Assembly: GCA_034780895.1 (NCBI GenBank) | Contig: JAUZTB010000033.1 | Coordinates: 35,272,895 to 35,336,335 of the forward strand | Source of the DNA: Rhynchobatus australiae | Taxonomy: Eukaryota | Length of the DNA stretch: 63,441 nucleotides | Direction of reading: 5' to 3' | Shown: positions 12,761 to 25,270 of the stretch, piece by piece | How positions within the stretch are numbered: position 1 is the stretch's first letter | Layout: each line of letters starts with the position of its first letter | The notes under the pieces: generated by a model | Told to the model about the DNA's origin: nothing | Databases searched by the model: none | Seen by the model: the letters and a program-made list of their open reading frames with translations, nothing else | Made by a program: the position numbers and the translations under genes

Positions 12761-13779
12761 CCTGCCCAATGTTTGTAGCTCAAAACCCTCATCTTACCTC
12801 CAAAAACCTTAACAGCCTGGGGCCTCTGTTCCAAACTCCTCTCAGTCCAGATCCCACCATAACCTTGATCCTGACTTCATCAGTCAAACTGTTAACAGAT
12901 CCCCACTGCAACTCCCCGTCCCCCACTGCCTCACCCCCACCCCCTCGCCCCCACTGCCTCACCCTCTGCGCTCCCTGCCCCCTCCCCCACTTCATCTGGA
13001 AGCTCCCTCCTTGTGCTCAGCACCGTGACGAATTCCCTGATATTGGTGTGTAATTTGTTCCTTTTACCACGTATTCCCTGCGCTCTGAATTTAATTTCCA
13101 GTAATTCCATTAAATAACCTGCATCCCTCTGCAAAAAGAAAAAAAATCCGGAATGTTCCTTTTCAAGGTCAACCAGTCCACATGCATTCTGGGACCCAGC
13201 GGGAGTGATGGGAGGGGGGGGCGAGGACACAGTACAGGAGGCTGCCAATGCTCCCGCCTCCCCCGTGCCCCCCCCCCAATCACGGCCCTCCGGGCATTCC
13301 TGGGGCCACTCTGTCTCCAAGGACGTGAACAGCTGCTGCTCCGTCAGCCATTCGCACTTCCTGCTCCTCGGGTGCTTGGCAGATGGAGAGCCTGACCCAG
13401 CTCTCGCCCGTGTGTGCGCCAGCACAACGCAGCCCGCTGCCCTGGTGTCGTGCTGCCCGAGCCGAGGCTCCTCTGCACCCACCTCACCACAGGAGCATCT
13501 CAGCACCTTCCTCCTGCTGCAGATTGCTGGGTGCACGCTTGCCCATGCAACGTGGAGGTGGCGGTGCTCAGGTCCCCGATCGCAGGACTGCGAGGTGCAG
13601 CACTTCACTACAACCACACGATGCTCTCGAGCAGCCCAAGTGTCAGTGCATTGACCTCACCAGACCAGGCAAACTTAGGATATCGGTTTGCAGGCAGTAG
13701 GACAACTGCCCCTCTCATGTCCTCACCAGTAAGATTATTGACCTCTGACCTGCCCTGGGTCTTCATCCTCTTAGTCTAA

Positions 13780-13935
13780 TCAACTACTGAACAGTTCTCT
13801 TATACGATGAGATGGACTCTTGACCTCACAATCTACCTTGTTGTGACCTTTGCACCTTATTGCACTGCACCTTCTCTGCAGCTGTGACACTCTACTCTGT
13901 ACTGTTGTTTTTACCTGTACTACCACGCTGCTTGT
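13780..13935 (+). mobile_element. Non-LTR retroelement 3' tail (Rex1/Babar-like, tentative)
   Basis: gatggactcttgacctcacaatctacc...tgcactgcacc...gctgtgacact resembles a recurrent batoid repeat tail (from recall). Confidence 0.5.
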
Positions 13936-14150
13936 AACCATGTCCCCTTGTTCAAGCCTCTCCCACTGGTGAAAACATCTCAACATCTACCCTGCCAAGC
14001 CTTCTCAGGATCTTGTATGTTTCGGTGAGATCATCTCTCATTCTTCTAAGCTCAAGGAAAACAGACCCAAACAGTCCAGCCTCTCTCGACAGGACAGCCC
14101 CATCACCCTCAGAGTTACTCTGGTGAATGTCCTTTGGACTGCCTCCAATG
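13936..14150 (-). mobile_element. CR1 ORF2 C-terminal fragment
   Basis: Minus ORF contains ELRRMRDDLTETYKILRRLGRVDVEMF, the CR1 RRxRGDLIETYKI motif. Confidence 0.85.
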
Positions 14151-14604
14151 CTCCCACAGCCCGTGCACCCCACTATCATCCTATACAATTCTAGGAGAGC
14201 TTTGCATCTTCAATGTTCTGTAAAAGCCTTCTTGTCCCACTAAAAGCACCAATGCAACAAAAACAATGCTCAGGTTCCCAAATCACCCNNNNNNNNNNNN
14301 NNNNNNNNNNNNNNNNNNNNNNNNNNNNNNNNNNNNNNNNNNNNNNNNNNNNNNNNNNNNNNNNNNNNNNNNNNNNNNNNNNNNNNNNCGGGCTTCCTTT
14401 ACTACTATAGTACCCATTTCCTTTCAAACGTGTCCCAACTTGTACACTTACAAGTTGCAGGAAACCAACATCCACTTCTCAGTGGCTTTTGCTCATGCTA
14501 TGGGGGAACATTCAGGTGTAGATGGGCAGTGCACCTTGTCCTGATGCACTGCCAGGATTGTATTATCAGCATCAGTAACAACAGAAGTTGTATGTATCCA
14601 GGTC

Positions 14605-15725
14605 CTAATCCAGTGGATAAAGGAAAACCAGATGACATGTATGTGAACTTTCAGAAGGCCTTTGATAAGGTGCCACGAAAAAGATAATTAAGCAAAGCTG
14701 CAGTGGATGTACTGCAAATAAGATACTGGCCTGAACTAAGGACTGATTAACAGACAAACAACAAAGAGAAGGAATAAATGGATAATGTTCAGGTTGGCAG
14801 GCTGTTACTGATGGGATGCTGCAGGGATCAGTGCTGAGATGTCAGCCATTTACAATCTACATCTATGATTTGAAGGAGGAGATCAAATGTGATATATCCA
14901 AGCTTGCTGTTGATACAAAGCTGGGTAGCAGTCTGGATGGTGAGGTGGATGCAGAGGAACTTTGGGGAATACAGACAGGGCAAGGATATGGCAGATAGAA
15001 TATAATGCAGAAAAATAATAGCCCATTTACTTTGCTAGAAAAATAAGAAAGGTCGAGTTTTTTAAGGTGACAAATTGAAAGGTGTTATCATTCGGGTACA
15101 GCAAGCAATTAGAAATTGCTACATTGGCCTTTATTGAATGAGGATTTGGCTCTAAGAGTAGAGACTTCTTGCTCCAGTTATACAGGACCCTGTAAGACCG
15201 CATCTGGAATATTGAGTACAGGTTTGGTCTCTCTACCTAAATAAAAATATACTTGCCTTAGAGGGAATCCAGCAAAGGCTTACCAAATTAATTCCTAGGG
15301 ATAGCAAGTTTGTCATATGAGTAGAGATTAAGCAGACTTGAACGATACCCTCTGGTTTCGAAGAATTTCACTGCAACCAACAAAATTCTCATGGGGCCTG
15401 ACAGGGTAGATACAGGGATCATGATTCTCCTGGCTGTAGTGTCTGGTACCAGAAGTCACAACCTTAAAATGAGCGAGTTGTTCAGAGGTGGGACGAAATT
15501 TCTTCACCTTGACGGTAGTGAATGTTTGGAATTCTCTACATAAGAGGGCTATGGAGGCTCAGGTACTGAGTAAATTCAAGACAGAGACTGACAGATTTTT
15601 AGATATTTGGGGAATTAAGGGATAAGGAGTTAGTTCTAGAAACTCGTGCTGAGGTAAAACATCAACCATGACTTTATTGATAAGCAGAGTAGGCACAAGA
15701 GGCCTACTCCTGCCTCTACATCTTT
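14605..15725 (+). mobile_element. 5'-truncated CR1 LINE (RT remnant to 3' end)
   Basis: VDKGKP..YVNFQKAFDKVP, QGSVL...FTIYIYDL...ISKLAVDTKLG RT motifs with stops; tail ggcctactcctgcctcta. Confidence 0.9.
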
Positions 15726-16333
15726 AACATGGATATGGTGCTGGTGGCTTCAAATCTGTCACTGTATAAGGCTGCAGTAGGGTACTGGTGTCAGTGACAT
15801 CAACTGCAATTGAAGGCTGGTACAAGCACAATGGGCTGTAAGATTCTTTAAATTAGTTTACATGTCTTCTCCCTCACCTTTAATTATCATTAGAGACAAA
15901 CACTTATATGTGAGGTTGAGGGATTTCAGATGAAGTTGATGGAGCAAAGTGCAGTGGTTACAGATGGGCAGTGAGGAAATACATCCAGTTTCCTGACATG
16001 CCCAACTGGTGCAGAGACGTTATTCATTTTGTGTTGTATGGCAAACACTCCTCAGCTATGGGCAATCCAGAAACGCCCCTAGGATCCAGTCGTGAATCCA
16101 GCAACAGTGGTGAGCGGTTGGGTGTGCTAGCATCTGACCTCCAGTGTCTTTAGTACTTCTGTGCTGCAGTGCATTGGCACAAAAGTTATGAACATGTTGA
16201 CCTGCAGAGAGGACAGAACTGGTGGTTCTAACAAACAGCCAGCCAAAGGTAAGTATGATCTAGTTTATGATAACTTGGAAAAGCAGACAGCTCAGTAACA
16301 CTCTGTGGTCAGGCTGAAGCACCCACAATGTCA

Positions 16334-16528
<195 letters not shown>

Positions 16529-17015
16529 CTACATGGGCAGAAATGGGAATGGGAGAGCAAAAGAATGAGTGTAAAATTAAATATCTCGAGCATTAGACCA
16601 TAGCAAGTATAATGGCATTGCATTGTTAACTATATAAGAACATTAAGATCAAACTACATTATCAAAGATTTTGCATTGATCTATAAAATCTCCCGTGGAA
16701 ACATTTCACAATCAGCTTTGCACAAAAGGTAGTTAAGTAAAGCCATGAGCATCACAGTCCAGTCCTACGCAACCTGGTACGTTTCCCGGGTGAGGTTCCC
16801 ACTGCACCAGGTATTCCATGAAGTGTCAAATTCCTATAAACAGCCTTGATACATTGGTGTAAATCCAGAACAAATGCCCCATGGCAAAAAATAAGGACAT
16901 CTTTCTTCCTGTAACTGGGCATCCGTTTGCCTTTTCAGCACTGCTCCTTATCGTTAATTGGTAGCATTGCTTATGGTGATTGCAGGAATGGAGATGAGAA
17001 CAGGATTCCTGATTA

Positions 17016-17177
<162 letters not shown>

Positions 17178-17639
17178 TCAATATCACAAAACTAGCAGCA
17201 GTAAAAAAAAATCACCACGACCAAATTATGGTTACATTTTGTATCTCTTTAACTTAAGTTGGGTTTGAATGGGTGAAATTCAGAAATGAGCAGGTATTTA
17301 TTCATTGTAAGGGGCTACTCAAAATCAAATGCGTCAGAACTAGGGTTAGCACATTTATTGCANNNNNNNNNNTCACATCTCCCAAGTTTCTCCTTTCTCC
17401 TTGTTAAGACACTGATCTTAGCTTGTGTTATGGCTCAATCTGAGGACTGAACTTTGACCATGTTCACTTCACAAGATTCAGTACTTACTGAGCCATCCAA
17501 GGAATGGAGATGACCTGATTTGCACTTGGGTGCAGTGAAACCTGAAATGCCAGGTCCATAAGGAACTGTGCGACTGTCATCTTCCAGGTCATCTCCAGCA
17601 CATTAATTCCCATCCATCTTCCAACCAATTGGAATGTAC

Positions 17640-17748
17640 CTGTCTCAGAAGCATTCTCGAGGCCTGCTGTGGCAGCAAACTCCGGCTTGTACTGATACTG
17701 GACCAGTCGCATCTGAGTGATCCTCCTCAGCTGCTCTGTAGTATCTAC
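17640..17748 (-). CDS. MYRF: MYRF exon ~13 (109 nt): [36 protein letters not shown]
   Basis: ttgcag / gtacat; ICA domain; phase 0 to 1. Confidence 0.95.
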
Positions 17749-20342
17749 CTGCAATGGTACAGAAACAGGCTGAAGATGTGTGGTGGGATGCATGCTGGTC
17801 TTTTGTCACTGGGAACAATGTTTAAANNNNNNNNNNNNNNNNNNNNNNNNNNNNNNNNNNNNNNNNNNNNNNNNNNNNNNNNNNNNNNNNNNNNNNNNNN
17901 NNNNNNNNNNNNNNNNNNNNNNNNNNNNNNNNNNNNNNNNNNNNNNNNNNNNNNNNNNNNNNNNNNNNNNNNNNNNNNNNNNNNNNNNNNNNNNNNNNNN
18001 NNNNNNNNNNNNNNNNNNNNNNNNNNNNNNNNNNNNNNNNNNNNNNNNNNNNNNNNNNNNNNNNNNNNNNNNNNNNNNNNNNNNNNNNNNNNNNNNNNNN
18101 NNNNNNNNNNNNNNNNNNNNNNNNNNNNNNNNNNNNNNNNNNNNNNNNNNNNNNNNNNNNNNNNNNNNNNNNNNNNNNNNNNNNNNNNNNNNNNNNNNNN
18201 NNNNNNNNNNNNNNNNNNNNNNNNNNNNNNNNNNNNNNNNNNNNNNNNNNNNNNNNNNNNNNNNNNNNNNNNNNNNNNNNNNNNNNNNNNNNNNNNNNNN
18301 NNNNNNNNNNNNNNNNNNNNNNNNNNNNNNNNNNNNNNNNNNNNNAAACATTAAGTTTTTCTTTACCTTCACAAATGTTGATGGTCTTTTATTTTTAGTT
18401 CATTCTATGGCTATGGGCCTTGCTCCAAGGGCAAAACTTATTGCCCCAGGAAGGTGAAGTTGGAACAACACCTTCAGTACATATGGTGAAGAGCTCCACA
18501 ATGCTGCTTGATAGAGAGCTTCAGGATTTTGACCTGATTGCATGAAGGAAGATGCATTTCCATTTGGGGTAGTGTGAGACTTGGATGTGAACTTGGAGAT
18601 GGTTCAATGGAACTAGTGTTTTGGGATGTGCTGCCAGAAGGTTGCTGTAATGTTTACAGTAAATCAAAGGTTTGTTTCTTCTGAATTCACTGACCCCCAA
18701 ACTCACTCCTCCTCTGCTTAAATTGTAGATAGCAAATAAAGCACACTTCCCCCTCCCCACTCCATATGAAAAACTGAGTTGGAAATGATGGAGGCTTGAT
18801 TAACAGCACTCTGATGATAAAGGGACAAGGTATATTTTTGAAACAGCAGAATCATGCAGTATTTCCAGCTCTTTCAAATACCTCGTCTTAAACTGCTGGG
18901 AGAATGGCCTGGGGTGGCCCACTCTTGAATTGTCACCCTGTCTTAATTACTGTCCCAGCTCTGGCTGAAGCTCAGTCTGCCAACAGTCTGTGGAATATTT
19001 TCAACCAAACAATATGCCTGACAAGGCAGGTACTCTTGCTGAAAGGATGACATTGAAACCTTGTAAATTAGACCCATACCAGACAAGCTCAGAAATAAAA
19101 ATCACATAGAATTCCATAGCATATACAGAACAGCAAAGGCCCTTCACCTAATTAGACCAAACCAATATTTATATTCCACTCAAACTCTCTTCCATCCTTC
19201 TTCATCTCTCAGTGTCATCCTTTAATCTCTTTTCCCTCATTTGCTAATTTAATCTTCTCCAAAATGCATCTATACAATTCATTTCAAACACTCCCTTTGA
19301 TTATGAGATTCACCCTCACTATTTACTGGTGTATCTACCACTGAAGGATTGATTTTTAATTTCTCTTGAGCACTTGCACTTTTTTTGTTTACAAATATGA
19401 AATTTTTAACTCTTCTCCATATCACAAAATAGTGATTGAGCAGNNNNNNNNNNNNNNNNNNNNNNNNNNNNNNNNNNNNNNNNNNNNNNNNNNNNNNNNN
19501 NNNNNNNNNNNNNNNNNNNNNNNNNNNNNNNNNNNNNNNNNNNGCAGGTTCCTGAAGTTATAAGGAGAGATAAATAAGATTTCAAACAAGGACACAGAAA
19601 GCCAACAACATCTATGTAACATATTTTAAGTGACCTAGATTGCTGTCAACTGGTTGGTCCCTCACTCTGATGAATTGTTTATTATAGCTATATAATCAAC
19701 TCATTAACAAATAAATTAGCCATTAACTCTTGTTCTCCTGCTCATTGATGCTTCTTTCCTCCTTTTTCATTCATCCTGCTCTTTTTCTTTCATTTGTAAG
19801 CAACCTTTTATGTTTTTCCCTTGTGTTCTCTTACTGCAATTGTGAATACACCAGCAATGAATAGATAGATTTATTGGGGCGTGTAAAATATTTTTATTCA
19901 CTTTCATTACTTTCCTATTCTAAAAAAAGATTTTCATTTAACTGTTCAACCAAAACAAATTGTACTTGTATAGCACACATTTGATGTGATGAACAGTCCC
20001 TCCAAGATTCACAGAATTCATGCTGATAAAGACACCTTGAACATAATGGGACAAGCTTGAGGAATATCCTGAAAAGGAGTGAAAGTTAGATATCAAACAA
20101 GAATTGGGAGAAGATTTAGATGAAGGTATAAGCTTAAATTTAACACTTAAAGGTGGGGAATAAAAAGCTGTTTGAAGAGGTTTAGAGATTTTCCAGTAAT
20201 CAGCTCACGATAGTCCAAGACTGGCAGTGGAGTAGAAGAGATGGAACTCAATGGTAGGCAGTTGCAGAAAACATCTAAGTAGTGTTTTGGATGATTTTCT
20301 TTACTTCAGCTTGAGAAACTTGATCAATCACATCTTTAATTA

Positions 20343-20603
<261 letters not shown>

Positions 20604-23600
20604 TCAAAGTTTACAAGCTAGCCTCAAAGCAACCCCAAAAATGTTCATTTCAAATTTCTATGTACTTTTACATTTGTATTGGTCTTAAGGCATCTTTAGA
20701 TTTCAGTGCCACCATTTAGATGGATGTTTTGAAATGAGCTGCTTCTGGACCCAGTTGATTATGGAGAATTATTTAAATTGTGATCCCACTTGAAGATCAA
20801 ACCATACTTAGTTTTATCACAGGAAGAAATAGAATGCAACAATTAGCTCAGATCTCAGATAAAATGAATGAAAGGTCTCACTCCTAATATCAGCAAGTAG
20901 TTCAGGATGGGAAAGGCACATGGAATGAATCAAATGAATACAGGATTAGGCAGGGTTAAGAGTTTCCCTACAGCTTGCCACATTCACTGCCTTGGCTCAG
21001 ATGCAAACTTGGGAGAAGCACCATTGACCTGTCAATGTCTATGGAATGATGATCAGACAAGAGTCGGCCCTTCCAGATGGGGAGGAAGAAGATAACAGAA
21101 CTTACTATCCTTGCACTGACAGGGTCATGACTGGGTCGGCTTCATGGGGGACTGTATTCATCCACAACAAGCTCAGCCATCTGCACACCAGGGTACAGAG
21201 CAGGCACTTGCCCACAACAAGGCAATGAACCTAGGGTAAATACATTGCTCCTCAGGCAATATGATAACATTCTATTGCCAAGTTGCCAACATCCAAAATA
21301 GGTGATTCATTTCTGCTGTATAGGCTGCTAACAGAGGTTAGCAGGATCAAGGCAGATGCTGGCCATGTTTATTTTTAGACAGATCTAGGAAAAAGCTTTT
21401 GATCCTGGAGCTGTAAAGGTTGGAAACATCCCATAAACAGAAAATCAGGAGCAGGAAGTCAACCAGCAGGTAATCCACTCTCTCAATACAGCCAAGAAAA
21501 GGAGAAGAATGTAATACTAATTTATTATTTCCATTATGAGAAGCAAAACCATTTGGTTCTGTTCCTGTGGAGCACTCCCTGGACTCTGATTCTGCAGAGC
21601 TCTGATGTTCCAGGATTTAGAAGTACTAACGTGAGGAACTGCCAGATTTACATTCCCATCCATTGTCAGTGCTGTCCCTGCCTGCAGTAAAGTAATGCTG
21701 ATGGTGACGAATTCTTGCTGTACACCTTGCTGAAGACATAAATATAGCATCTCTCCAACTGACATTGGCTACAGGTGCAGTCTGAGAAGCAGGAGAGACC
21801 AGTCATATCACCGGTACCCACACAGCAGACAATAAGACAGGGTTAGAGACATTTCTAGATCATTAGAGAATTCAGACAAAGCCCAGGACTGCCCAGAGCA
21901 CTGAAGGGGCAGGGGAGTTCACTTTGCAACAACCACACCCCCAGTCCCCACCATCCCTTCTGCCCCTTTTTCCACTTTTAACGACCACTATCCTCATGAA
22001 ATGAGTTTGGCAAAGTTTACTTTTAAATTCAAAGAGAGAGGCATATTGTGCTGGAGTTCAATAATACATGGAAACAATTCAATGCTTTGCTTTTAACTGT
22101 TTGGTTGCATAAAAAACACAAAACAATGTTTTCCCAAATGTCCTTTCCTGAATCCATTATGTCTCTTAAAGCAGTTGCAGAGATCAGTAATGTTCAGTCA
22201 AAATGACCACAAAGTCTTTTAGGGGTGCCCAATATGTCACAATTATGGGCTACAGTAACAGTAATTCAAGACTGGCTCATTCTCAAAGATGCATGATAAA
22301 CATTCCTCTGAAGGCATTTTGTTCAAGCTCAATATGTATGCGTGTAAATTGGGTTAGATGTGGAGTAATAAACAGACAAATGTCATACACACAAATTAGA
22401 CAGATGACAATGTGTCACAAACTGAATGATCCATGTTTGTGTGAAGTATACCTGATGCAATTATTTACAATCCACAATTCCCTGCCTGCTTTCTCTTGTA
22501 ACAAATATAAGCAATTACTCTGAAGTTTTAAAAACCCCCACCCAGATCAACCAACAATTAACCCCCTCTGTTCCTATAAAACCCTTTATCTGTGGCATGA
22601 AACTCTCCAGAGCCACATCTCATAAAAATATCTATAAATCTGCATCTTTATGATGTGAAACCCTCTGGAAAGGTTTATCGGTGTGGTTACAGTGCTCAAG
22701 ATAACTGCAATGATGTCAATCCCACAAGGTGCAAGGGAGCAGAGAATTAGGATTTTTCAATTCGGATTTCTCTAATTGCACATATAGAATGTGACATAAA
22801 AACATGTCAAGGGATCTGTTAATAAATAAACCAGAAAGATGTGTATTTTGTTTAGTGAGATGAATCTTATCTTTGATGTCTGGCATGTCAACCAATCAGC
22901 CTACACTTCTACAACCTGTTATTACCCAGCAAACAAGCACCTTTTTAAAAAAAGTAAATGGTGTTTATTCACTACAAAAGAGGCAGAATGACTGATAGTG
23001 CAATAAACTCTGGCCCTGACATCTGGGTCTCCTTGGTCCACATATCATCTGCATCTCAGTAGGTGGGACAGAGAATTTGCCAACAACTGCCTCTAGAGAT
23101 TAGGAGGAGGAAGAACACATCTTCATTCCTCCTGGGGTAACAATACCTAGACATGCAATATCTAATCATATTAGAAGCACCTCTGGTAGACAAAAACATG
23201 CTTTCAACAGCTCAAGCAAATTTTTCCATGGGAAATAAGTATGATCCTAGATGTATTTTTAGGAATTCACTTTTTTTAAAATTATCTGGCTACCTGCCAA
23301 ATGTTTGATTTCCTTAGAAGTTCACTAGATTTATTCATAGAAGAATTGCACCTTCACTCAAGAAAAGTCTTTCAAAGTAGGGTCCAATGTGACAGGAATT
23401 CTGAGTTATCAGGAATTTGTGCTGGTGTTTGCAAATGGTGGTCAGTTCTTCAACTGATCAGCATGGAAAAATGGTGGTCAGAGCAGCAGTGAGTTGATTT
23501 TAAAAAAAGCTTCACAAATGAGATTATTTGGGGTAAAATAGAAATGTTTACAACGGGCAACACCCTTTTGGTTACATTTTGTTTTTCCTTCAGTTATCTA

Positions 23601-24659
23601 CTTCCTATACCAATTTGACATCCCGCTTGGAGGAACGGAGGGCTTAACTGCAGAGAAGATGTAAATGGATTGTTCAAAATGGTAATAAACTGACGGGTCA
23701 ACAAAATGCATGGTTGTCTAACTGAAGAAGAACATGGGAAAATAAGTCTAAAATCCAGATGGAGGAGGTTCTTCTACTTTTGAGACTTTACCATTAGAAA
23801 AAATCGTGCGTCCAAAGGATTAACTGAATATAATCTTCCCCACCCAGTCAATGAACTGCACTTACTCTTTTACTCAGCTGTCAGCACATCTAAACATTTG
23901 TTGGTGGTTGCTGCAATGCAGGTTTGAATTGAGTTGGACTAACCCTCTAATTTAAAACTGACATCTTCAAACAAAATGATGCAGAGTCTGTTGCAGCATC
24001 TATTATGCTGCAGTTAGTGAGCTCAAAACGCCACATCCTGCCAGTGATATGTAATTGCAAGGGATAAAGCTGCTTCATGCCCCCAAATTTACTGGTGCTG
24101 CAACTACAAATAGTGCCAGCATTTATCTCAGTGGCATTGATATTTTCCAGGATTAGTTTCACAGTTATACCTCAAAAATAAGAGAATAAACTTTTTGTTT
24201 TATTTCTGAACCAGAGGGATGCAATGTCTTAGTTAATATTATCAGGTAAACCACAAATGCTTTTCTTTTCTGCTTGTCATATAGTCTCCCATTCGAATTC
24301 ATTCTTTCTCAAGACTTGAAAACTATGAAACTCTTTAGATTTTACAGCACTTCTCTCTTCATGTAATCTACCAGGTTTTAAAACTAATACTGGTTTTATC
24401 TAATCACTACTTCCTTATTTGCTTTACTTTCCATGTTACTCTTTTCAACCTTGGCAGTGTCCTGCAGCATGGTGTTGGTCCTTGCATTAATATATCAACG
24501 ATAAAGAAAGGCTTCCATTTACATAAAGCCTTATCGCATCCTTCAGAAATATCCCAACTCACACAGAGGACTATTTTGTGTAGTTGCTATGGTTGTGCAG
24601 GTAAACGTGGCGCTGATTTGCACACAGCTAGGTCACACAAACAGCAATAATGAGTACAC

Positions 24660-25270
24660 TTGTCTTAGAACCAGATTGCTCATGACCTTGGTGGTACTTT
24701 TGATGCTAAAATAAGCTTCCAATTACATACCCGAGTCATTACTAATACCCACCTTCTACCTCTGTAAAATCACCTGACTCTACCCTACCTCTGTTTACCG
24801 ATTGCTAAAACTGTCCTTTATTACATCCAGACTTGACTATTCCAATTCAGTCAAGTTCAACCTTCAGTAAACTTGATGCAATGCTCTGCTTGTCATGTCC
24901 TGACAGTAAATCCCATATACCAATGATTCCTGTGCTTGCTGGCTTACACTGGCTCTTAATTACACATTAGTTCAATTTTTAACTTCTTACCCATATTTGT
25001 AACCTCTAAGCACCACCTCTCTCTATCTTCGTAATCTCCTCCTGTTCTTAACCACTCCAGTTATTTGCACTCTTCAAATTCAAGTCTTTTGACTACCCCT
25101 GAAATTAATCTCTCCATCATTGGTGGTAAAGACTTTAGCTATCAAGGCTCTAGGTTCTGAAAATCTGTCAGTTGTTTTTAATGAACATTTCAAAGGAGTT
25201 AAAGAAGGGAACCTTTTGGCCTTTTGTAACCTTCTTTAAAATGCTCATTAAAACCCATCTCTTCAGCTCC
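24660..25270 (+). mobile_element. L2 LINE 3' fragment
   Basis: ccagacttgactattccaa (SRLDYSN-like), ttacactggctc (LHWL), ctttaaaatgctcattaaaacccatctctt (FK.LLKTHLF) motifs. Confidence 0.75.
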
